Shown here: piece by piece, positions 17,678 through 28,638 of the stretch
How the letters are laid out: each line of letters opens with the position of its first letter
Position numbering within the stretch: the stretch's first letter is position 1
Origin: Candidatus Bathyarchaeota archaeon
GTDB lineage: Archaea; Thermoproteota; Bathyarchaeia; Bathyarchaeales; Bathycorpusculaceae
Direction: 5' to 3'
NCBI GenBank assembly: GCA_963833575.1
Contig: CAWHXY010000004.1
Coordinates: 768,001 to 832,000 of the forward strand
Length of the DNA stretch: 64,000 nucleotides
Notes under the pieces: generated by a model
Told to the model about the DNA's origin: nothing
What the model saw: only the letters and a program-made list of their open reading frames with translations
Databases searched by the model: none
Translations under genes and position numbers: made by a program

Positions 17678-20600
17678 TTGAACATCAGCAAAGGCTATCG
17701 AAACTACATTGAAACAATGGAAAATACTCTGAAGCAACTGTATGCAATAAGCGACAGCGCTAGATCGGAAGGCTTAGATCCTTCGTTAAAAACAGAGTGC
17801 ATTGTCGCACAAGATATTGCTGACTTAGTAGAAGGTCTAGTAGGCCCCCCAAAAGTTGCACTTAGCATTAGGGATTTAAGCACTAAAATCCCACGAGAAG
17901 AAATAGCGTTTAAGGTTGCTGAAGAAATTGTCTTGGGTAAATTTGGCGCCATGGATCCTGAAAGTGCTGCTGAACAGGCGATTCGAACGGCACTTGCTAT
18001 TTTCACTGAAGGTTTAACTGCCGCACCAATTCAAGGTATTGCTCAAGTTAAAATAAAAACTAACGCCGACAGAACCCGCTACTTAGCCATATACTTTGCT
18101 GGTCCAATAAGGTCAGCGGGTGGAACAGATCAAGCATTGACTTTAGTTGTTGGCGATTTTGTGCGGAGTAAGCTAGGCTTAGATAAGTATAAGCCAACAG
18201 AGGAAGAGGTCTCCCGTTTTGTCGAGGAATTACGGTTATATGAACGTTCGGTAGGACGCTTCCAATATCACATTCCTGACGATGAATTAAAAAAAGCGTT
18301 AAATCTGATTCCTGTTGAATGCACGGGAACTGAATCTGATCCTGTAGAAGTCTCCTCCTACCGAAACCTGCCAAGAGTCGAGACGAACCGAGTGAGAGGC
18401 GGCGCGCTTAGGGTGGTTAACGATGGCATTGTTGGTCGCGCTCAAAAGGTATATGTCATTATCGAAAAACTTGGTTTCCAAGGATGGGATTGGCTAAGAG
18501 AATTCAAAAAGAAATCAGAGAAGAAATCAGGTGGATTTATGGATGACGTGATTGCTGGGCGTCCAATTTTTGCTTTTCCTTCAAGGCGGGGCGGTTTCAG
18601 GTTAAGGTACGGCAGATCACGTAACACTGGCCTTTCAGCTGTAGGAATTCATCCTGCTACGATGCATGTGTTGGAGAATTTTCTCGCTGCAGGTACTCAG
18701 ATGCGGCTAGAACTTCCTGGCAAAGGATGTGTTACTCTCCCAGTAGATTCTATTGAACCTCCTGTTGTTTTGCTAAACGATAACTCCGTAGTTCGAGTAA
18801 CATTAGAAAATTTTGGCGAAGTTAAAGGTAAAATCCAAAAAATCCTTTTTCTAGGCGACATTCTAATTAGTTTTGGAGATTTTCTGTATTCTAACAAAGT
18901 GCTTCCTCCTTCAGGATACGTTGAGGAATGGTGGATTAAAGACGTTCAGAAAGCTACTGTAGGAAAATTCCATTCGGATTATCCTAAGCTGGCGGAAGAT
19001 ACTCAGATCTCTTTGGTACGCCTAAACAGTTTTGTGGCAGATCCTTTTTGCAACAAACCAACTTTTAGGGAAGCAGTGATTCTTAGTTCACAATTAGGAG
19101 TGCCCTTGCACCCAAGTTATCTGTTATTTTGGTCAAGTTTGTCCAATGTTCAAGATGTTGAGTTTCTGAGAAAGTGGCTGAATTCTTGTGAAGTTCTGTC
19201 TACTGATGGAGTTGTTTGCAAAATTTTAGGTCCAGCTAACGAAGACGCTATAAGACTTTTGAGAAGAGTCCTTGTTCCTCACAGGTTAATTGATTGTAAT
19301 ATTTTGTTAGAAGGTGAATCTGCAGCTACTTTAGCGATTTGTCTTGGTTTCGGTAACTCTAAAACAATTGATATCTCACATGCTGCGAGTGTGTTAGAAG
19401 CTGTTAATATGATTTCAGAAGTTCAAATCAAGGATAAAGCTCCAACCTATGTTGGTGGCAGGATGGGACGTCCTGAGAAAGCAAAGAAACGCGATATGAG
19501 ACCTGCCGTTCATGTCCTATTCCCAGTAAGCCTAGCCGGCGGAATGCATAGAGACCTTTTGGAAGCGGCAAAACAGGGTCCTGTGTTTGTTGAGATGGCT
19601 AAGCGCAAGTGTCCGACTTGCAAAGCTTACACTCTGAAGGTAAAATGCTCCAGCTGTGGGTGCAATACAGTTCCTGAGAGTTGTTGTCCTCGTTGTGGGC
19701 GAGTTTTGAAAGAAGGTGGCTTTTGTCCCACTTGTAAAACTGAAGCTATTCAGTACCAGCGACAAGCTATTAATTTTAGAGAAGTTGTTGGTGAAGCTTG
19801 TAAGTCACTTGGTTATCCTGCCCCAAAAATTCTAAGAGGCGTCAAAGGCTTAACTAACAAGGATAAGACTCCAGAGATTATTGAAAAAGGGATTTTACGT
19901 GCAAAATATGACTTGTCAGTTTACAAGGATGGAACGATCCGTTTTGACGCTACCAATGCACCTTTAACGCATTTTACTCCTGCTGAGGTTGGCGTCCCCG
20001 TTGAGAAGATCAGGCAGCTAGGATACTGCTCTGATACTCATGGTGTAAGTTTAGCTGATCCTAGTCAAGTTTGTGAGCTTAAGGTTCAGGATATTGTGAT
20101 TCCATGGCGTGCAGGAGATTACTTTATTCAGATTGCCGCTTTTATTGATGATCTTCTGGTTAGAGTTTACAAGCTTCCAGCGTACTATAACATTAAGAAG
20201 CCTGAAGATCTTGTTGGGCATTTGGTTTTTGGTTTGGCTCCTCACACATGCGCTTGTATTATGGGACGCATTATTGGGTATACAGACCGCAACGTGATTT
20301 ACGCGCATCCTATTTGGCACTCGGCTAAGCGTCGAGACTGCGACGGAGACGAGGACGCTATCATGCTTGCCTTGGATACCCTTCTGAACTTTTCACGCAT
20401 ATACCTGCCTGCGCAGATAGGAGGTATCATGGATGCCCCTATACTCTTAATTCCCTTTGTAAACACGAAAGAAGTTCAAAGGCAAGCTCACGATTTTGAT
20501 GTTGATGCAACATATCCTCTCGAGTTTTACCAAAAAACTTGGGACAAAGGCGATTCTAGGCCTGTAAGCTCCATTATGGATATTATCAGTCATAGACTTG

Positions 20601-21091
20601 GGACTGAAGCACAGTTTGAAGGATTCCAATACACCACTCCAGTTACAAACATAAACCTCGGAAACGCCAACAGCGCATACAAAGAATTCAAATCAATGAT
20701 AGAGAAACTCAATATGCAACTAGAGTTAGGCTCTAGAATTGATGCCGTCGATGTCAAACGAGTCGCACTAAAAGTTCTGACAACTCATTTCATACGAGAT
20801 ATTGCGGGTAATTTGCGTGCTTTCTCTACCCAAGGGTTCCGTTGCAAATCATGCAACAAAAAGTTTCGACGCCTACCTCTGAAAGGGAAATGCACTTTCT
20901 GTGGCGGAAAATTGACTCTTACCGTCTACCGTGGAGGTATAGAAAAGTACTTAGTTGCAGCTCAGCAGCTAGTTGACACTTATGGTTTGCCGAACTATTA
21001 CACTCAACGCATGGACCTGATAAAAGAGGAAATAGCTTCTATGTTCGATAACAAAAAGCCAAAGCAAGCTAAACTTTTTGATTTTGGATAA
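17678..21091 (+). CDS. polC: DNA polymerase D large subunit DP2
   Basis: FAGPIRSAGGT, GGFRLRYGRSR, KRRDCDGDED, zinc fingers and C-terminal PIP-like QAKLFDF; no intein-sized insertion. Confidence 0.97.
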   Translation: MNISKGYRNYIETMENTLKQLYAISDSARSEGLDPSLKTECIVAQDIADLVEGLVGPPKVALSIRDLSTKIPREEIAFKVAEEIVLGKFGAMDPESAAEQAIRTALAIFTEGLTAAPIQGIAQVKIKTNADRTRYLAIYFAGPIRSAGGTDQALTLVVGDFVRSKLGLDKYKPTEEEVSRFVEELRLYERSVGRFQYHIPDDELKKALNLIPVECTGTESDPVEVSSYRNLPRVETNRVRGGALRVVNDGIVGRAQKVYVIIEKLGFQGWDWLREFKKKSEKKSGGFMDDVIAGRPIFAFPSRRGGFRLRYGRSRNTGLSAVGIHPATMHVLENFLAAGTQMRLELPGKGCVTLPVDSIEPPVVLLNDNSVVRVTLENFGEVKGKIQKILFLGDILISFGDFLYSNKVLPPSGYVEEWWIKDVQKATVGKFHSDYPKLAEDTQISLVRLNSFVADPFCNKPTFREAVILSSQLGVPLHPSYLLFWSSLSNVQDVEFLRKWLNSCEVLSTDGVVCKILGPANEDAIRLLRRVLVPHRLIDCNILLEGESAATLAICLGFGNSKTIDISHAASVLEAVNMISEVQIKDKAPTYVGGRMGRPEKAKKRDMRPAVHVLFPVSLAGGMHRDLLEAAKQGPVFVEMAKRKCPTCKAYTLKVKCSSCGCNTVPESCCPRCGRVLKEGGFCPTCKTEAIQYQRQAINFREVVGEACKSLGYPAPKILRGVKGLTNKDKTPEIIEKGILRAKYDLSVYKDGTIRFDATNAPLTHFTPAEVGVPVEKIRQLGYCSDTHGVSLADPSQVCELKVQDIVIPWRAGDYFIQIAAFIDDLLVRVYKLPAYYNIKKPEDLVGHLVFGLAPHTCACIMGRIIGYTDRNVIYAHPIWHSAKRRDCDGDEDAIMLALDTLLNFSRIYLPAQIGGIMDAPILLIPFVNTKEVQRQAHDFDVDATYPLEFYQKTWDKGDSRPVSSIMDIISHRLGTEAQFEGFQYTTPVTNINLGNANSAYKEFKSMIEKLNMQLELGSRIDAVDVKRVALKVLTTHFIRDIAGNLRAFSTQGFRCKSCNKKFRRLPLKGKCTFCGGKLTLTVYRGGIEKYLVAAQQLVDTYGLPNYYTQRMDLIKEEIASMFDNKKPKQAKLFDFG

Positions 21092-21152
21092 GCTAAAGCT
21101 TTTCAATGTAAAGCGCCTGTTTATCTTTCAGTGAAGAGGCATAAAGGAAACA

Positions 21153-21401
21153 ATGCATCCGAACGCTTACTTGAAAAATATTAGAAACGTAAATAGTGGT
21201 CTCAGAGCGAGAACCAAAATATTGGAAGTCCTCGAAATTAAGCAAAGCTCAGCCGGAACGATAGCAAAAGAATTGTCTCTATCTTATAGCGTTGTGATAC
21301 ATCACTTGCGTCTTCTTTCAAACGAAGGTATTGTTCAGAGTAAGGGAAGTCGACCCTACTATTGGGTGTCTACGGGGTTTGGCCAGAAGCGGCTAAGTTA
21401 G
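21153..21401 (+). CDS. Small ArsR-type winged helix protein
   Basis: RTKILEVL...IAKELSLSYSVVIHHLRLLSNEGIV. Confidence 0.8.
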   Translation: MHPNAYLKNIRNVNSGLRARTKILEVLEIKQSSAGTIAKELSLSYSVVIHHLRLLSNEGIVQSKGSRPYYWVSTGFGQKRLS

Positions 21402-21700
21402 AATGTGCATTGACAAGGTGCCTGCTGACATTTTGGACATTTATGATTATATTTGTCAAGGACTGCTTTTTCCAGGTCGATACCCATTATGTTGGCAAGG
21501 GAAGCAAGCCATGCAATAACGTCTGCAAACTCTTTTTCAGTAGCCTCTCGACTAGTTCCTTTTTGTAATTCTTCTCCTAATTCTTCGACTTCATCGACAA
21601 GCCAATTGTATGTTCCAGTTATTCCGCGCGCAAGATCTCTTTTAAAATATAGTTGGCGCATCATTTCTTGAAATTCGTGTATCTGCATAGTTTCATCCAA
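21398..21700 (-). CDS. MazG-like nucleotide pyrophosphohydrolase
   Basis: WLVDEVEEL, EFADVIAWLASLAN and C-terminal CPKC..PCQC. Confidence 0.88.
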   Translation of the reverse strand: MDETMQIHEFQEMMRQLYFKRDLARGITGTYNWLVDEVEELGEELQKGTSREATEKEFADVIAWLASLANIMGIDLEKAVLDKYNHKCPKCQQAPCQCTF

Positions 21701-21812
21701 CCACGATTTTACTGTTAAATGCTATTGAGTTTAAACATTTCAGGTTTCGATAATAAAATCTCACGGTTAAGTTTCTATTATCTGCGCAAGATTAATTAAA
21801 CGCCTGCAATAC

Positions 21813-22010
21813 ATGATGGGGCAGGGATATTTAGTGAGTAGACGGAAAAAGAAAGAAACAGGTCCAATGCCTGCAGCAAGTGCAGGATTACTCAGGTTCT
21901 TCGAGGAAGAGACCGAAGGAATAAAAATTAGACCTGAACTTCTTGTCGTTATCTCTGTAACATTAATCGTTATTTCTGTCCTAGCCAAAGTGTTCTTTCC
22001 TACCTCCTAG
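21813..22010 (+). CDS. secG: Preprotein translocase subunit Sec61beta
   Basis: SAGLLRFFEEE..GIKIRPE followed by a single TM. Confidence 0.88.
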   Translation: MMGQGYLVSRRKKKETGPMPAASAGLLRFFEEETEGIKIRPELLVVISVTLIVISVLAKVFFPTS

Positions 22011-22290
22011 GTAGGGTAGCGTGTAACACTTCTAGTCTTTGAACCGAATTCAAATGGAGAAATAGTTCGCTTCTTTCTTCTCGACTTGCAACTTGAGGAA
22101 TTGGCTGGGCAATAGTTGACCTTAAAACGATCGCTTCTGCATCTGACAACCAGATTCCTGAAGGTTCATGCGTTACTGCCACAAGAGTGCCTTCAAAACC
22201 GTAGGCCGGATCTATAATAACTCTGATTTTCTTGCCCACGTTCCTCTCCAACATGTGGAAAATTGATGGGGGCAAATCTTGATCTGGCAT
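22000..22290 (-). CDS. Divergent Sm/Lsm-fold-like protein
   Basis: LERNVGKKIRV....FEGTLVAV...IWLSDAE and LFLHLNSVQRLEV match Sm1/Sm2 strand patterns. Confidence 0.55.
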   Translation of the reverse strand: MPDQDLPPSIFHMLERNVGKKIRVIIDPAYGFEGTLVAVTHEPSGIWLSDAEAIVLRSTIAQPIPQVASREERSELFLHLNSVQRLEVLHATLPRR

Positions 22291-22551
22291 AGAGCTCGCA
22301 AACTAATATGATAGTCATTCTTAAGATAAAACAGTTCCCCCTGCCACAAGCATGTTAACGGTTAGCGATTACAATGGCAAAGTATCGTTGTGAGGGGTCT
22401 TCTTTTATTTCTTTGTGATAAATTACAACTGCCCTGTTTGCGTGATATTAAGGAATTTGTATTTCCTGTTCTAAGGTGCGTATCCAAATGGCTAAAGAAT
22501 TTTAATAAGCCTCCGCTAACACCATAAAGAAAGCCTAGCTGAGTTGAAAAT

Positions 22552-24369
22552 ATGGAGAATGAAAGTTCGCTTAATTCCTCGATTGATAATGCTAGTAAGC
22601 ACTACTCCTCCATGTTTTCTCTTCCATCATTCAAAAAAGCGCTTGTTGCAGTGGGAGGGCTCTGTGTAGTGATTGGGCTTTCAACTTTGGCTGTCCCACA
22701 CCCTACTACGTTAGTTGATGGTTTGGCTCTTGGACTGAGTTTTTTCGCTCTTACCCTTATCGCGGATTTATCGATGAATAAAATCATTCTTAGAAATGAC
22801 CCGATTTTTTCGTTGAGGCGAACTCTTGTCGTATCCCTTGTCAGTTGGTTGATTTGGCTTCTTTTCAATGTAATAGGAATAGCACTAAGTTTTCCCTTTG
22901 GCTTTTTAATATGGGTTAAACTCTGCCTACTAGGTTACGCTGCGATCATAACTCTAAGAATCATTGTACTGATTGCAACTTCAACCGCCGCCAGTTGGAG
23001 AAAAGGGCTATCCATTTTGCTTCAGCCAACTCTTTGCCTCGCAGCTTTTATTATTTTTTGGATTGGCACATCAAACGCATTTCCGCTTCAGCAAGTTTTG
23101 ATTTACATGGTTCTTTCTCCAATAATTTGTTTTCTTGCTGTAAGTCTATTTTTTTACTCAATCGAGCGTTTAAGTCAGAAAACCTATTCACTGCACTCGA
23201 TACCCCTGTTTAGAGCATTCATAGTTAACTGGGCAACCGACCAAAACGCACCTCTGGAAAAATATCTTGAAGAAATGGGCGAAAACAAAGACATAGAAGT
23301 CACTCTCCTAAAGTTTGACTCTTCAAAACCTAAAGCCGCAATAATTGTTCCTCTTGTTCACCCAGGCCCATTCAAAAACATAGGCAGCAGCCTTTTGCCT
23401 TCTCTCCTAAAGCAAGGATTCGAAACAGAATACGGCTGTGCAACTTGTACTCCTTTAGGCATTCTGGGGCATGAACTTGATTTAGCTTCGCAAGAACAGA
23501 ATCACAAAATAATTTCTCAAGTGATCGCCTCTGCAAAGTCTAAAGCAACGGAGAGTTTAGCATCACCCTTTGTTAGAGTTACAGAGGGTGCCGCCACCGC
23601 TTCAGGACAAATTTTCGGGGAAACTATTTTCCTTTCTTTTACTCTTGCTCCAAAAACAACTGAAGATTTACCTCAAGAATTAGGTCAATATGTTAGTAGG
23701 GAAGCCGCAAAATATGGCTTAAAAAATGCTCTTGTCGTCAATACTCACAATTGCCTAACCGACCTAGTTGATACACAAGAACACTTAGACGCGCTTCAAA
23801 CCGCTGCTTCGAAATGTATTCAAAAAGCAATCAAATTGCAAACTAGACAGTTCAAGGTTGGCGGAGCCAGCGTGTTTCCAAAAGAATTTTCTCTAAAAGC
23901 AGGGATGGGCACCGGAGGAATTACTGCAATAGTTGTTCAGGTAAATGACCAGAAAGCCGCCTATGTCGTTATTGACGGAAATAATATGGTTCCAGGACTG
24001 CGTGAAAAAATTCTTGCGGCCTTAAGTTCTATAGGCTTCGCAGAAAGTGAAGTTTTTACAACCGACACTCATGCCGTAACCGCATTAATAACTCGCAGTC
24101 GAGGTTACAACCCAGTCGGCGAAGCTATGGATCAAGAATTGTTGATTCGTTATATCTGTGAAGTAGCAAAAAACGCAGAGGCAAATCTCGAAATCTCCAA
24201 TTCAGGATTCATACATTTCATAGTTCCACAAGTGAGAGTAATCGGGGAAGAACGATTAAAATCAATCACACTTCTAGTTGACAAAGCGATTAAGAAGGCA
24301 AAACAGACTTTGGTTCCTATTTTTGGATTAGAAGGCCTGCTTCTAATTCTGCTCTTACTGCTTTTCTAA
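22552..24369 (+). CDS. DUF2070-family membrane protein
   Basis: N-terminal multi-TM region; VHPGPFKNIGSS, NTHN, IDGNNM and TTDTH motifs. Confidence 0.85.
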   Translation: MENESSLNSSIDNASKHYSSMFSLPSFKKALVAVGGLCVVIGLSTLAVPHPTTLVDGLALGLSFFALTLIADLSMNKIILRNDPIFSLRRTLVVSLVSWLIWLLFNVIGIALSFPFGFLIWVKLCLLGYAAIITLRIIVLIATSTAASWRKGLSILLQPTLCLAAFIIFWIGTSNAFPLQQVLIYMVLSPIICFLAVSLFFYSIERLSQKTYSLHSIPLFRAFIVNWATDQNAPLEKYLEEMGENKDIEVTLLKFDSSKPKAAIIVPLVHPGPFKNIGSSLLPSLLKQGFETEYGCATCTPLGILGHELDLASQEQNHKIISQVIASAKSKATESLASPFVRVTEGAATASGQIFGETIFLSFTLAPKTTEDLPQELGQYVSREAAKYGLKNALVVNTHNCLTDLVDTQEHLDALQTAASKCIQKAIKLQTRQFKVGGASVFPKEFSLKAGMGTGGITAIVVQVNDQKAAYVVIDGNNMVPGLREKILAALSSIGFAESEVFTTDTHAVTALITRSRGYNPVGEAMDQELLIRYICEVAKNAEANLEISNSGFIHFIVPQVRVIGEERLKSITLLVDKAIKKAKQTLVPIFGLEGLLLILLLLLF

Positions 24370-24441
24370 TTAAACCGGGTTCACTCTGTTAGTAAAGGTT
24401 AATATTGGTTCTTTACTAGGCTTTTTGTTGGAGTTATTTCA

Positions 24442-25788
24442 ATGAATTCTTATCCCAAAATTATTGTTTCCCCACCAGGTCCAAAGGCAAGGGAGCTTGT
24501 AGTTCGGGATGAACGGGTTGTTTCTCCTTCTTATACACGGTATTACCCCCTTGTTGTTGAGTCAGCAAGCGATTGCATAGTTAAAGACGTTGATGGCAAC
24601 GAATACATCGATCTTAATTCAGGCATAGCTTGCATGAACGTCGGCCACACCCATCCACGCGTTGTTGAAGCTATAAAAAGTCAATGTGACCGTTTTCTGC
24701 ATTATTCTAACACCGATTTTTACTACAAAGAAGTCATCACATTGGCAGAAAAGCTCGCAAACATAGCTCCGGGCGAATTTGAGAAAAAAACGTATTTCGG
24801 CAACAGTGGCACCGAAGCCGTTGAAGCAGCAGTAAAGCTGGCGCGATGGCACACACGCAAACCCCAATTCATAGGCTTCATAGACGCATTCCATGGTCGA
24901 ACTATGGGTTCGCTATCATTCACCGCTAGCAAACCAGCCCAAAGAAGGCATTTTTCACCTTTTATGCTGGGTGTAGCCCATGTACCCTATCCCCATTGCT
25001 ACCGTTGCCCCTTCAAACTGGAAAAGCCAGAATGCAACTATTGGTGTGCAGATTTTATTGACGAACAAGTATTGCAGAAGTATATGCCTTCTGAAGATGT
25101 GGCGGCGATTCTGTTTGAACCAATCCAAGGTGAAGGCGGCTATATTATACCCCCACCTGAGTTCTTTCAAAAACTAAAGAAAATCGCCGACAAGTATGGT
25201 TTACTATTAATCGATGATGAAGTGCAGTCTGGCATAGGAAGAACAGGCAAATGGTTCGCTATCGAACACTGGGATGTCGAACCAGACATAGTCTGTAGTT
25301 CAAAAGCTTTAGCGTCTGGATTACCCATCGGTGCAACAATCGCCAATGCAAAAATTATGGATTGGACCAGCGGATCACATGCAAGCACTTTTGGTGGAAA
25401 TCCCTTGTCCTGTGCTGCTGCAAACGCTGTTCTTGACATCATTAAGGAACAGCAACTGCTTGACAACGCTAACAAGCAAGGAGCTTACGCGATGAAAAGG
25501 TTAGATGAACTCAAAGAAACCAACAACATAGTTGGGGATGTACGGGGTAAGGGTTTAATGATTGGAGTTGAACTTGTCGAGGACAAAGAAACAAAGAAGC
25601 CTTCCCATCAAAAGGCAGTTGAAGTAATGTTACGTTCTTGGAAGCGGGGCGTGGCCGTTGTTACATGTGGTGTATCAACGCTTAGAATTGTTCCGCCACT
25701 CACTATACAAACAGAAATGCTTGGAGCTGCCTTGGATATTGTGGAAGATACAATTAATGAGGTCGCAAAACAAAGATCTCTATCTTGA
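24442..25788 (+). CDS. Class III PLP aminotransferase (4-aminobutyrate/acetylornithine type)
   Basis: NSGTEAVE, FHGRT, EPIQGEGG, DEVQSGIGRTG, SKALASG and STFGGNP motifs. Confidence 0.92.
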   Translation: MNSYPKIIVSPPGPKARELVVRDERVVSPSYTRYYPLVVESASDCIVKDVDGNEYIDLNSGIACMNVGHTHPRVVEAIKSQCDRFLHYSNTDFYYKEVITLAEKLANIAPGEFEKKTYFGNSGTEAVEAAVKLARWHTRKPQFIGFIDAFHGRTMGSLSFTASKPAQRRHFSPFMLGVAHVPYPHCYRCPFKLEKPECNYWCADFIDEQVLQKYMPSEDVAAILFEPIQGEGGYIIPPPEFFQKLKKIADKYGLLLIDDEVQSGIGRTGKWFAIEHWDVEPDIVCSSKALASGLPIGATIANAKIMDWTSGSHASTFGGNPLSCAAANAVLDIIKEQQLLDNANKQGAYAMKRLDELKETNNIVGDVRGKGLMIGVELVEDKETKKPSHQKAVEVMLRSWKRGVAVVTCGVSTLRIVPPLTIQTEMLGAALDIVEDTINEVAKQRSLS

Positions 25789-26334
25789 CTTCACTTTTTT
25801 CAATGTTCTACGCGGTTTTCTCTTCAGGGCGGTTCCGCAAACTTGGCATTCTTTAGTTGAAGAGTTGGCTGGATATTCTTTGTAGCATGCGGGGCAATAC
25901 CTGATCCATTCTAAAAGTCGCTTAATGCCAAGAGTGGCGAGAGCCAAGAACTCTATCCCTAGTTGGGTGGCTACATTTTGTATAGAATAATCGTCGCTGA
26001 CAATCTGAGGAGCGTAACCCATTGACTTTAACTCTAAAGCTAAGGCTAAAAGTTCAATGTCGGTTTCCGATAATTTGAATGAATCGCCAACTTTATTTGA
26101 TGCCTTCTTAGTTTGAATCAAAAATTCTTGTAACGGCGCTATAACCTTGACTCTTCCGCTTTCAAGAGCAGCTTCAAAACGCATCTTAACCATCGAGTTT
26201 CTTTTTATTTCTTCTTCAACTTTTGGAGCAATCATTTGTTCTTTGTCAGAAGAGAAAGGATCAAACCCTGCTACAAAAGCAGAAGTATCTAAAACAATCA
26301 CTCGTTTTCGTTCATTGTAGTTTTGATGGGTCAT
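25780..26334 (-). CDS. nob1: Nob1-like PIN endonuclease with zinc ribbon
   Basis: VLDTSAF, LSETD, SDDYSIQNVA and CPAC...CQVCG. Confidence 0.9.
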   Translation of the reverse strand: MTHQNYNERKRVIVLDTSAFVAGFDPFSSDKEQMIAPKVEEEIKRNSMVKMRFEAALESGRVKVIAPLQEFLIQTKKASNKVGDSFKLSETDIELLALALELKSMGYAPQIVSDDYSIQNVATQLGIEFLALATLGIKRLLEWIRYCPACYKEYPANSSTKECQVCGTALKRKPRRTLKKVKSR

Positions 26335-27185
26335 TCTGTTCCCTTAAACAGTAGCCGGCTTCTTAATCTGTCATAAAAGTCTGTTTCAAACCGTATGAAT
26401 GAAGTTACGTTTTTAGATATTGTGACTTCTAATTTTGGCTGTTTACTGTTTACGCGTTTGTGGTATTTTCCATCAATCAGAACAAGAACTTCCTCTGTTT
26501 TAGCTATGTTAAACGTGATAGTTGAGTTGGATGGAAAAACAAGCGAATGGAACATAGTTAAAGAGCAGATGGGAGTAATCACGAATGCACCTGCTTCAGG
26601 ATCTAAAACTGGGCCACCGGCTGAGAAGGAATATCCTGTAGAACCGGTTTGGGTAGCCACGATTAAGCCATCTGCTTGGCAATTAAGGATAGGTTTGCCG
26701 TCTTTACATATTTGTGCATTAAGTATTTTTGAAGGTTCACCAGAGGAAATGACAATATCGTTTAGAGCATCAGGCAAGACTTCTTCGCCTGCTTTTATAC
26801 AGAGTTTGGCGCATTTTTCGATTTTGTAATCGCCTTTCAAGATCTTGTCTAATCCTTCAAAAGCGTCTTTCGGTTCAACTGAAGTTAGGAATCCTCGAAC
26901 GCCCATATTTACTGCCAGAATTGGGGGTTCTGGCTTTGGCACATTTATGCATGTACGCAGTATTGTTCCGTCGCCACCGATTGTTATTAGGAAATCGGTT
27001 TTCATTTTCGATAGAGGAACCATCTCTTCTTTTATGGTGATTTTTCCCGCTAAGGTATCTTCAATGCAAACTTTCAACCCTTTCTCTCTTAGATAGTCTG
27101 CTAACTCTTCAACAAGCTCTAAAGCTGGTTTCTTATCGTAGCGGGCGATTAATCCCACAGTTTTGAACAATAATTTCACTGCCAA
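26331..27185 (-). CDS. nadK: NAD kinase
   Basis: GGDGT, GFL, ALND and DGLIVATQTGSTGYSFSAGGP motifs. Confidence 0.93.
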   Translation of the reverse strand: MAVKLLFKTVGLIARYDKKPALELVEELADYLREKGLKVCIEDTLAGKITIKEEMVPLSKMKTDFLITIGGDGTILRTCINVPKPEPPILAVNMGVRGFLTSVEPKDAFEGLDKILKGDYKIEKCAKLCIKAGEEVLPDALNDIVISSGEPSKILNAQICKDGKPILNCQADGLIVATQTGSTGYSFSAGGPVLDPEAGAFVITPICSLTMFHSLVFPSNSTITFNIAKTEEVLVLIDGKYHKRVNSKQPKLEVTISKNVTSFIRFETDFYDRLRSRLLFKGTE

Positions 27186-27456
27186 TAAATAGCGTTTGAC
27201 TTATTCTATATTAAGCTTCTAAACTTCTTTACTCATTTTTTATTCAAGTATCTCTTTATTCTTAGTTTCAATTGGTGACTGGGCTGACTTTGGCAGGAGT
27301 TATTACTCACTTTTGAGTAATTTTTGAAGGGGCCTTTGGAAAATGGTTTTTTGATTTGTTTGTGTGTTTTGTTGATGAAACTGTATACAAATTGCAAGAA
27401 TGGTTGTCCGTTTTGAGACATAGTTTTTGTTTGTTTTGCTTTGCAGGTTCTTGTTC

Positions 27457-28272
27457 TTATCCTATTTGGAAGGCTCTCATTGAAACTGAGCCGTTTTGAA
27501 AACCTTCATGGATAAATTTTAGGCTCTCCCCTTTTTTCTGCAATCCAATGGCGTAAATCATGGGCAAATAATGGTCTTGAGTTGGCACCGCATACATTGC
27601 CTCTTTTCCAATGTCCAGATAGTTGATGAGGGCTTCATGATTTCCTGATTGTAGGTTCTTTTTGATTTTTTCGTCGAATTTTACTGCCCAGTCGAATGGT
27701 TTTGCGTCGATGTCAAAGTCTATTAGGCCTAGGTTGTGAACGATGTTGCCGCTGCCGATGATGAGAATCCCTTTCTCTCTTAGCGCGGCCAATTCGGAAG
27801 CCAATTTGTAATGGTGTTCCAGCGGTTTTGGGTTCCAATCATTATAAGGAGAGTAATCTAAACTCATTTCAAAAACAGGAACGTTAGCCTCAGGATACGT
27901 GTGCTTAAGAACTGCTCACGCTGCGTGATCTAGTCCCCAATCGCCGCATTTTACATCGGTGGACTTTACTGTTTTAATTGTTAGTTCGGCGTCTTCTGGT
28001 GATCCTGGGCTTGGATAGCTCAAGCGATACAGCTCGTCTGGGAAACCGTAGAAATCATAGATAGTTTCAGGTTTACTAACGCATGTAACGTAGGTGCCCT
28101 TTGTCAACCAATGTGCAGAAATCACCAGAATCGCTTTGGGCTCGGGAAGTTTTTCAGCAGCTTTGACTAAGCTTTGCGTGTAGTCGTTGTTTAAAACAAT
28201 GTTCATTGGGGAACCATGTCCAATGAAGAGCACCGGCATCGTTCCAACAGTCTTTGCCATGTCTTGTCGCAC
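27457..28272 (-). pseudogene. LigB/YgiD-type extradiol dioxygenase interrupted by an in-frame TGA
   Basis: FIGHGSPMN, ISAHW, WGLDHAA*AVLKH (TGA at 27916-27918 where Trp is expected); same frame continues to GSGNIVHNL and HYLP. Confidence 0.85.
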
Positions 28273-28610
28273 TTACTGTTTTTCAGTTAAGTTTTTGAAT
28301 TGTTTTTTGTCTAAGCCAACCCCGGGTTCCGCATCTAGGCGCTTCTCAACCTTTCCGTTTTTGAAAACTATCACCGTTGGATAGTATTCTATGCCAAATT
28401 CTTCGAAAACTTCTGGTTCCTCATCTGCAATAACGCTCAAACAAACCTCAGGATTTTTTTTCGAGTATTCTTCAAAGACTGGCAGAAACCTTTGCGAATG
28501 CGGGCACCAATCTGCATAAAACAGAACAAACGCTTTGTCTTTGTTGTCTATTTTTTCGTGAAAAAGGCTTTTTTAACAGTTTTGTTTTCCGTTTTTTTTG
28601 CTTTGCTCAT
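28273..28610 (-). pseudogene. Thioredoxin-like protein (WCPHS), frameshifted near the 5' end
   Basis: FVLFYADWCPHS...FGIEYYPTVIVFKNG; the ATG at 28610 is in a different frame, with the shift at the homopolymer near 28561-28565. Confidence 0.7.
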
Positions 28611-28638
28611 AGTTAATTCACCTCATTTTCTCTGTTTT

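Noticed and set aside
17678-21091. Intein in DP2 or Cdc6
   Set aside because: Lengths are normal and no splice motifs were seen
22336-22396. Possible structured RNA (CCCC..CACAA / TTGTG.GGGG) between the Sm-like gene and DUF2070
   Set aside because: Single copy, weak inner pairing, no box motifs or covariation evidence
27233-27421. 62-aa K/Q/N-rich ORF after the dioxygenase
   Set aside because: Low-complexity T-rich DNA at the island edge; no coding support
27916-27918. In-frame TGA as selenocysteine or recoding
   Set aside because: The position corresponds to a conserved Trp (one change from TGG), the neighbouring gene is also broken, and TGA ends other genes in this window
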